NCBI RefSeq assembly: GCF_006345805.1
Contig: NC_042999.1
Coordinates: forward strand, 170,004,001-170,068,000
DNA: 64,000 nucleotides
Source: Octopus sinensis
Lineage: Eukaryota
Direction: 5' to 3'
The translations under genes and the position numbers were made by a program. The notes beneath the pieces were generated by a model, which saw only the letters and a list, made by a program, of their open reading frames with translations, ran no database searches and was not told the origin of the DNA. Below are positions 55,743 through 64,000 of this stretch, piece by piece. Position 1 is the stretch's first letter. Every line of letters begins with the position of its first letter.

Positions 55743-58527
55743 GTGTACATGTGTCCTTGTGTCTGTGTTTCTCACCCACTACCACCACCACTTGACAACC
55801 AGTGTTGGTGTGTTTACATCCCTGTAACTTTGTGGATCAGCAAAAGAGACCAATAGTATAAGTTCCAGAGTCCTCAAGACGGTGCCCCAGAATGACTGCT
55901 GTCTAATGACTTAAACAAGTAAATGATAAAAGATAAAAAAGAAACAATTATGCTTGAAGAAAAGAATATTATGTTGAGTTATGGGCTTTAGGAAGGGCAT
56001 CCAGCTGTAGAAACCATGCCAAAGCAGACACTGGAATGCAATACAGCTCTCTGGCTTGTCTGTTCATGTCAAATCATCCAACCCATGCCAGCATAGGAAA
56101 TCAGACATCAAATGAGGATGACGACAATGATGATGACAACAATGATATTGAGGCTTTTGGCAAGCATGGGAAATAACTATGGAGATGTTTCATTATTATT
56201 CAAGTTCATCTTCAGTGAATATAACCTGTTTGTATATAATGAGTTGATAGAATACAACAGTACAACAAGCACAGCAGTATGCCTTTCTTTTGAGCACAAG
56301 CAGCAACTAGAGTAAAGTTAGTGCTCATGAGCTTCAGGCCAATTGTCTAACCCAGGGGTCCTCAACCACTAGGCTGCAGACCAGTACCAAGCCATGAATC
56401 CTTTATTACCAGGCTGCACAGAAAATATAAAACATTTAAAATTTTATTTCTACTTTATTGACTATCACAGTCTGCAGAGTGTTTTTGCATTATATATGTA
56501 TATAGTATATATACATATATACATATATATATATGTAATAATTAAATAATTACATTTTTTCATGCTGAGAGTTGCTGAAGCATGGAACAAACTGCCAGTA
56601 TCAGTTGTTAGTTGTCGGAGCACTGCATCCTTCAAAACTTCCATGCTTTCTGAGATTCGCCAACACTACACCAGATTTTCTCCCCGCCACTTAGGGTCCA
56701 TGTAGTTTCATGGGCAAAAAAAAATGTTCAACTTCTTGCCTAGAGCGAGCCCATAGTAATATCATATCTTCTCCACTATTTCAGTATTACATGTTAAAAG
56801 TGAAACAAAAATATTTCTCTATTTTATGTCTGATGCTTTCACTTTAACAATAAAAATAATAATAACAATTGAATTATATGTAGTAAGTAATAATTAAAAT
56901 CAAACTAAAGAATAATATAATCGTAACATAACAAAAGTAAAAATAGCAATTGGTATAAAATTGCATCAATGACTTGAACTTGAATAAGTGGTTTCACATG
57001 AATGGGAATAAATTAAAAATAAAATTAGTGTGCAGAAATGGAATAGTCCAGATGGATAATAAAAAATTAAATTAAAGAAAAGACTATTGTCTATAAAGTA
57101 TACAATGTAGAGAAAAAAGAAGAGCTAACAATTCCAGTCTGTTTATATATTTTGAGTATTGTTATCACTAGCGATATCAAGATATAACTTTGTATTTTGC
57201 ATTTTATGTGTAGATGTATATAAATAGATGTACATGTAATATGTACACGTATATATACACATATATACATGCACTAGCACTATGACCCGGCAACGACAGG
57301 TCTTTAATGCTAGTATGTATATATATATATATATATGTGTATGTGTGTGTATATGTTTATGTGTCTGTGTTTGTCCCCAGCAACACCGCTTGACAACCAA
57401 TGCTGGTGTGTTTACGTCCCTGTAACTTAGTGATTCAGCAAAAGAGACTGACAGAATAAGTAACAGGCTTCCAAAGAATAAGTTCTGGGGTTGATTTGCT
57501 CGACTAAAGGTGGTGCTCCAGCACGGCCACAGTCAAATGACTGAAACAAGTAAAAAAATAGGATACTATATGAAACAGCCTCTGTTTCTGTTTTATTAAA
57601 CTTTTCGGAAAACAGACGTTAAATGATAATGACCTTTTGTTAAATTATGTTCCAAAAAGCAACTTATCAAAATAAATGTGAGGTATTGTGCTAAAAGTAA
57701 TTAAATTCTTGATTGTTTTTAAGAATTATTACTAACATATAGGTAACAAATTTAATTAGAAATATATTTTATATAATTATTCCAATCACATTTATGATTC
57801 AGAGGGTTTTGATATCCACATAACTTTATGAAGAATTTTATAAATTTTCTAATTTCATCCTATAACACAGGAGACTCAATATGAGGCACAAAATAACAGA
57901 ATTGGTGTCACCAGAATGTCTTTGGTCATATGTCTGCTTGCATAATGATGTTATCCAAAGTTTTCTTCCTTGTTTTCAAACAAGTAAATGGTGACCTATC
58001 AATAACAGCATTCCACAACACAGCTGAATGAAACTATAGTTAAAAACTTCTTCTTCTTCTTCTTCTCCTCCTCCTCCTCCTCCTTCTTTCCATCCCTCCT
58101 CCCTCTCTCTCTCTCTAACTTTTTCTTTTTTAACTTTTATAGTCAGTTTATCGCTTGTATGAAAACATTTAAGCGTTGGCAATGTCAACATAGTGTCTGC
58201 TAAATTGCTTTAAAACTACAAGTGTCAGTTTACACCCTTACCTCCTTTCCTTCACACTTACATCCTCATTTATATATTGTTCAGTTGAAAAATCTCCACA
58301 ATTGCTATTTTTGATTTTCCCTACATTTAAATTCAACATTTATATTTTGTGTCAAGCAAAGAGGAACATTTGTGTTTGGGTGACATTTAACTTTGTTTAT
58401 CAGGAGTTCAGAACAATGCACACGACATGCTCCTAATTTTGTCAAACAACAACTAGCAGACAAAAAAATCAACAATCGTGGGGTGTGTTCCCATAAAGAA
58501 TTAGACTCACAGAAACAAACAGAACAT

Positions 58528-58939
58528 AGGCGTAGGAGTGGCTGTGTGGTAAGTAGCTTGCTAACCAACCACATGGTTCCGGGTTCAGTCCCACTGTGTG
58601 GCAACTTGGGCAAGTGTCTTCTGCTATAGCCCCGGGCTGACCAATGCCTTGTGAGTGGATTTGGTAGACGGAAACTGAAAGAAGCCCATCGTATATGTAT
58701 ATATATATATATGTATGTGTGTGTGTTTGTGTGTCTGTGTTTGTCCCCCTAGCATTGCTTGACAACCGATGCTAGTGTATTTACGTCGTCGTCACTTAGC
58801 GGTTCGGCAAAAAGAGACCAATAGAATAAGTACTGGGCTTACAAAGAATAAGTCCCGGGGTCGATTTGCTCGACTAAAGGTGGTGCTCCAGCATGGCCGC
58901 AGTCAAATGACTGAAACAAGTAAATGAGTAAAAAGAGTA
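58528..58939 (+). mobile_element. SINE family A, full length
   Basis: A box TGGCTGTGTGGT, B box GGTTCAGTCCC, central microsatellite, LINE-like 3' stem-loop, (GAGTAAAA) tail. Confidence 0.85.
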
Positions 58940-59029
58940 ATATTGATATTGTTTGTGTTGTTGTTGTGGCTTATTTTTGAAAAAAAAAGTAAGTTCGTTA
59001 TTCATTCTCACACTGTCAAATGCGATGCT

Positions 59030-59712
59030 TGTTTACTCTTTCATTCTTTTGCTCGTTTCAGTCATTTGACTTCGGCCATGCTGGAGCACTGCTGTAAAGG
59101 GTTTTAGTTGAACAGATCGACCCCATGACTTAGTCATTTTGTAAGCCTAGTACTTATTCTATTGGTTACTTTTGCCAAGCTGCTAAGTTAAGGAGACATA
59201 GACATACCAGCATCAGTTGTCAAATGATGATGGGGGACAAATACAGACACACACATAAATACATACATACATACGTATATATATGTATTTATCTCCTAGT
59301 GTGAGGCATTTATGTGTAATAATGCCCTCTATACAATATATATATATATATATATGTACATTTGGCTTTTTTCAGTTTCTGTCTATCAAATCCATCATTC
59401 ACAAGGCTTTGGTCAACCTGAGACTATAGTAGAAGACACTAAGTAAGGCATGTGTAAAATTTGAATGAAATTGGTTGTGTAGTTCTCAAGTTTTAGGGAA
59501 ACACACAGACAGACACACATTCTCAGTTTTATATATATAAAGATATACGGTGGGCTTCTTTCACTTTCCGTCAACCACATCCACTCACAAGGTTTTGGTC
59601 GGCCCAAGGCTATAGAAGAAGACACTGCCCAAGGTGCATACAGTGGGACAGAACCCGGAACCATGTGGTTGGTAAGCAAGCTACTTACCACACAGCCACT
59701 CCTGCACCTATT
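59030..59712 (-). mobile_element. Nested or adjacent SINE family A copies
   Basis: Tail at 59030-59100, head cacagccactcctgcaccta at about 59700. Confidence 0.7.
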
Positions 59713-60207
59713 GGTCACGACTACAATCTCACCTGGCTTGAGAGGTCTTCACAAGCAATAGTATATCACCAAAGGTCTAGGTTACCTGTCACTGGCTCCA
59801 CAAGGCCCAAAAAGATTTGTAGTGGTTAAGTGTGTATCATGGAACACAGATGCAAATGGAATGTGTATGTAAATAAATACGTGAACCGATCCATAATTGA
59901 AAAGAATTTATTTACAGGACTTGATTCGTTAGAGATACACTACATACAAAATGTTGGCAACTGCTATGAGTTGCTAGAAATACAGAGTACATTTGTGGGT
60001 GTCATATCAGGAATGAATATGTTTGTGTGTGCGCGTGGTTCATTTGAGACAGTAGTTTATCATAGCACTTTGAACATTTCTCTCGGTCTCTGCCTTCTAT
60101 CGTGTTGTAGATCTTTCTCGTCTGTCTGCCTGCTTTCTTGTTTCACCACCATATTTATAATATTTGTGGCAGCTAGAAAGACAGACATACTGCAGCAGAG
60201 TTTGTAC

Positions 60208-60248
60208 CTAAATAGGTCAGCCCTGTCCAGTTGAACTTTGCCTGACAT
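60208..60248 (-). CDS. Candidate first coding exon MSGKVQLDRADLF(R)
   Basis: ATG at 60248 and AG|gtacaa donor, ending in phase 2 as the 48327 exon requires. It lies next to a CpG-containing unique stretch (60300-60380). The phase match alone has about 1 in 3 odds. Confidence 0.3.
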
Positions 60249-61269
60249 GCTGAGGTCGCAGGTCAAAGGGAGATGATCAATCAATTTTTGACAGGACAAA
60301 GAAAACCTTTTTTCGCGCCTGTTGATCGTCGTGGTTTGGACGACTGAGAATTCTTGGATTCGGTTTCGAATCTAGGCTTGGAGAAGGAAGTGTTAATTCT
60401 TACAGATTTAAATATTTGTTACTGAAGTTAGAGGTAAAGCTACCTGGCCTTATGGTTAGAGTGTTGTACAAGCAATCATAAAATTGTGGGTGACATGTTG
60501 TATTCTTGGGCAGAACACTTCATTTCACATTGCCCCAGTCCACTCAGCTGTAAATGAGTTCCACCAATAGCGGGGATATTAACCTTAAAATAGACCTGTG
60601 TCCCATTCAGTGGGAGCATTGTATTCTCTGTCACTTATATGCCACGGACACTAAGTTAAGCTCCATCCTTATTAGTCAAATGGATTATAACAGACCTAAC
60701 CCACTGAAATTATGGAAAACAGATAATTTAACAAACAGCCACAAATCAGAGTGTTTTAAGGACATTGAGCCCTATGACAGTTCTCTCCATTTTGTACTAT
60801 CCTCTACATCACACCTCATCAACCCTCTTTCTTTTAATCCTTCGTAACACATTGAAGTTATGGAAAATAGTTCAGAAATACCTGCAAATCAAAGTGTTTT
60901 AAGTACATTGATCCCTTTGACTGTTTCCCCCATTTTGTACTAGCTTCTGCATCATACATCATCAACCCTCTTTATTTTCTTTCTTTCTATAATATCTTTA
61001 ACCGTGTCTTTTTAGCTCTTCTTCTTCTTCTTCCTCTATTTCTTTTCACATATGTTTCCAATACTCTTCTCATTTAGTTACTTTCATCCTTCCCCAGCAC
61101 ATGATTCATCCATGTCATCCCATCACCCTCAGCAATCCATTATTTGCATATTCTTTTCTCTCTCAGTGATATTTCACTCAATCACTGAACCATTCTCATT
61201 TCTACAAACCATTGCCATTTCATTGTGGCAATTTGTGTGTCTTCTACACACAGGCTTGTCCTTTAAGTG

Positions 61270-61520
61270 CTGGTGTCACTTAAGAAATACCCATGTTGGT
61301 GCTGCGTTAACAGACCCGTACCAGTGGTATGTAGATGTACCCAAGCCACTGGTGCATAAAAAGCACCCAGCACATTCTGTTAAGTGGATAGCATTAGGAA
61401 GGGCATCCAGCTGTAGAAACAATACTGCAACAGACAACTGAAGTCTAGACAGCAATCTGTCCAGCCCGTGCCAGCATGGAAAGAGGACGCTAAACAATGA
61501 TGATGATGATGATGATTACC
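61270..61520 (+). mobile_element. RTE-type 3' end with (ATG)n tail
   Basis: ttaggaagggcatccagctgtagaaac...ggacgctaaacaatgatgatg. Confidence 0.7.
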
Positions 61521-62241
61521 AATAAACCAAATACTGAAACCACATAAGAAAATTACCTTCAAGTTCTCCGATGTCTGCTTCTGGTTTCTTAATTTCCAAG
61601 TCTGTCCTTTATGTATGTTAGATAATTCTCTTACAACCCCAGGTAGTTCCAATCTCCCTAAAGCTAAAATATATAAAAAAAGTAAAAATAAAATGTTTAT
61701 TTTCCAAGATGAAATTATATAAATCATACAGAATGTCATCACTTTGCTCATTATTAAGACAAAAAGCAGGCAGATTTACAAATGTCAGCTGGGAAGTTCA
61801 TTGGATGATCAAGAGACTCTCATGGAATGTGACTAAATGAGGTTTATTTTTCAACAGAGTCCCCTTTGTGGTCCACACACTTCTTCCATTAGTGTTGCAA
61901 TGCTTGGATCCCATTAATGCAAAAGATTTCCTCCTGTTGGTCAAAAAGGTCATCCACAACAGATATGATATCAACATCACTACGATACTGGTTCCCAGCC
62001 AAGTGCTTAAAACAGCAGGTTTGTATCATTATCATCATCAACACCATCATTTAACGTCTGTTTTTTCATGCTGGCATGGGTTGGATGGTTTCACAGAAGT
62101 TGGCAGGTCAGTTGTCTGCTTTGGCATGGTTTCTACAGTTGGCTGCCCTTCTTAACGTCAACTAATTTACAGAGTATACTGGGTGCTTTTAGCATGGCGC
62201 CAGCACCAGTGAGATCACACACACACACACACATACTTATA

Positions 62242-62434
62242 CAGGGGATGCTGAAAAGTTCCTGGCTTTAAGGGTCTCATGAAAGGCTGGCTTGGAGGCC
62301 TCACCTCCCAAGTTCTTTTTCAGGGCTTAGAAAAACTGAAGGACCACTGCAATTAATATGCAAATTTGAGTGAATCTGAGAATCCTCCTGTATTTTCTTT
62401 TACCCAAAGCCAGGAACTTTTCTGCACCCCCTCA
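62242..62434. mobile_element. Mariner-type MITE
   Basis: TIRs AGGGGATGCTGAAAAGTTCCTGGCTTT / AAAGCCAGGAACTTTTCTGCACCCCCT with TA flanks; a related fragment lies at 61790-61975. Confidence 0.8.
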
Positions 62435-63044
62435 TATATATATATATATATATATATATAGGCAAATTGAAAATGAAAAATATATATATTTTTAATTTTT
62501 GATAAAAGTAAATAGACACACACAGATATATATTATGTGAGTGAGTGGTTGAGTTTGTCCTCCACCACCACTTGACAAATGGTGTTGGTTTGTTTACATC
62601 CCCTATAGAATAATTACTGAGGTCCCAGCATTTCCAGTCCAAAAGATAAAAAATATAAAATGTATGAAAAATATTACCTGGAGAAGTTGTGTCTTCCGAT
62701 ATTTGCATTGAATGATTATTATCAGCAAATGGATCCACTGGATTACAAATGGAAAAAAATACAGTGTTGTTGCATACATTAAGATGAACATTTTCAAGCA
62801 TGTGTGCATTACTCTCTCCCTCTCTCTCTCTCCATGTGTCCATATATTTATCTGTTTGTAATACATACATAATATACAATATGCATATGAATGTTGTGTG
62901 TGTGTGTGTGTGTGTCATCAACATCGTCATCATTTAATGTCCATTTTCTTTACTGGCATGGGTTGGATAGTTTGACAGGAGCTGGCCAGCTGGGGACACC
63001 AGCCAGAAGGAATCTTTTCCTCATCTGCTGGTCCTTTGTCAACC

Positions 63045-63613
63045 TTTCAATGGATGTCTTTTGGCCTTTATACGTCACTTTAGTTCGACCCATCCTCGAA
63101 TATTGCATCCGGGCCTCAAACTCATATCTCCAGAAAGACATTCAGCACTTGGAATGGGTTCAGCACTTAGCCACCCGAATGGTTGCAGGCTTGTCTAAGC
63201 TTACGTATGAGGAACGTCTCCAACGGCTGGCATTACCTTCACTCGAACAATGGAGGATGCAGGGAGATCTCATCCTGGCTTCCAACATCTTCAATGAGAA
63301 TGTAAACCTACCATTTGTGGAGTTTTTTACCCCTGCGCCGGATAGGGGTCTTTGTGGGCATAATCGCAAACTCTATCTCTGTCACTTTTGACTCTCAACA
63401 GGCAGGCTGCATTCTTCATCCGTTTGGCAGCCCCATGGAACAAGCTACCACAAGATGTCATTCAACTGCCCACCATTCCCCTGTTCAAAGAGGCTCTGGA
63501 CAACTGTGTCAACTATGTATAAAACTGTTTATAACAATAACTGGGTTCCTTTTTTACATGGCTTAAGCACATTGTGCTCTTCTCCTGCCAATAAATTTGA
63601 TTTGATTTGATTT
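63045..63613 (+). mobile_element. 3' fragment of a CR1-group LINE
   Basis: LYVTLVRPILEYC...YEERLQRLALPSLE; (ATTTG)n tail. Confidence 0.8.
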
Positions 63614-63639
63614 GAACTGAACTTTGCCTAGCCAATTCT

Positions 63640-64000
63640 TATTTCAGTGGCTATGCTTTCAAAACAACCACCCCCACTGCTAACTTGGTTGCCTAAGTAA
63701 CAGAAACTGTCGACTACTTCTAAGGATACCCCCTGATACATGAGGAAGTTTATGTTTTGTACATTCCTGGCATTTAATGTACCTGCACATCTTCCACATA
63801 TAAAAACTATTTTCTCTATTAGTCTTCCAGTGATCCTACTACACCTGTTGTATGTCCATAGCTTGCACTGGGTACATCATATGGTGTTTCTCCTGACACC
63901 TTTTCTATATATTGAGCAGGGATGTCTCTCTGAACTGAGCTGTGACTTGTGTTTTCACACTTTGATCTTTGCTAAATTAACTCTAAGGCCCTGTAGGTAG
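63640..64000 (-). mobile_element. Old RTE fragment
   Basis: Diverged homolog of the CxxC/VVDSFRYLG region of the 51-kb RT. Confidence 0.7.

Noticed and set aside
56232-56312. 81-nt minus-strand AG...GT segment open in two frames
   Set aside because: Weak donor, a hydrophobic or Cys-rich peptide unlike the coiled-coil protein, and not needed for phase continuity.

Overview
AT-rich, repeat-saturated animal nuclear DNA. The SINE families, RTE (ATG)n tails and microsatellites look cephalopod (Octopus-like), which is my inference rather than a database result. One host gene is present: a minus-strand coiled-coil protein, probably CCDC122-like. Six exons (45078 to 967) join in frame with consistent splice phases and include a GC-AG intron. 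Two weaker upstream exons (48327, 60248) would extend it to 252 aa over about 60 kb. The introns are filled with mobile elements: a Helitron (4119-11113) with an open PIF1 helicase frame, several RTE LINEs, three CR1-group LINEs, Penelope-like elements, SINEs and MITEs. Three things stand out. (1) Two RTE copies share the same six-fold amplified 2.3-kb 3' UTR and form a 2.7-kb inverted repeat 45 kb apart around five exons. (2) That UTR is built from ~62-nt constant-scaffold, variable-loop hairpin modules. (3) Five Penelope-type terminal repeats carry minimal hammerhead ribozymes; two have intact cores, three sit in long palindromes, and two have copies in host-sense orientation. Most ORFs in the supplied track are microsatellite or antisense artefacts.
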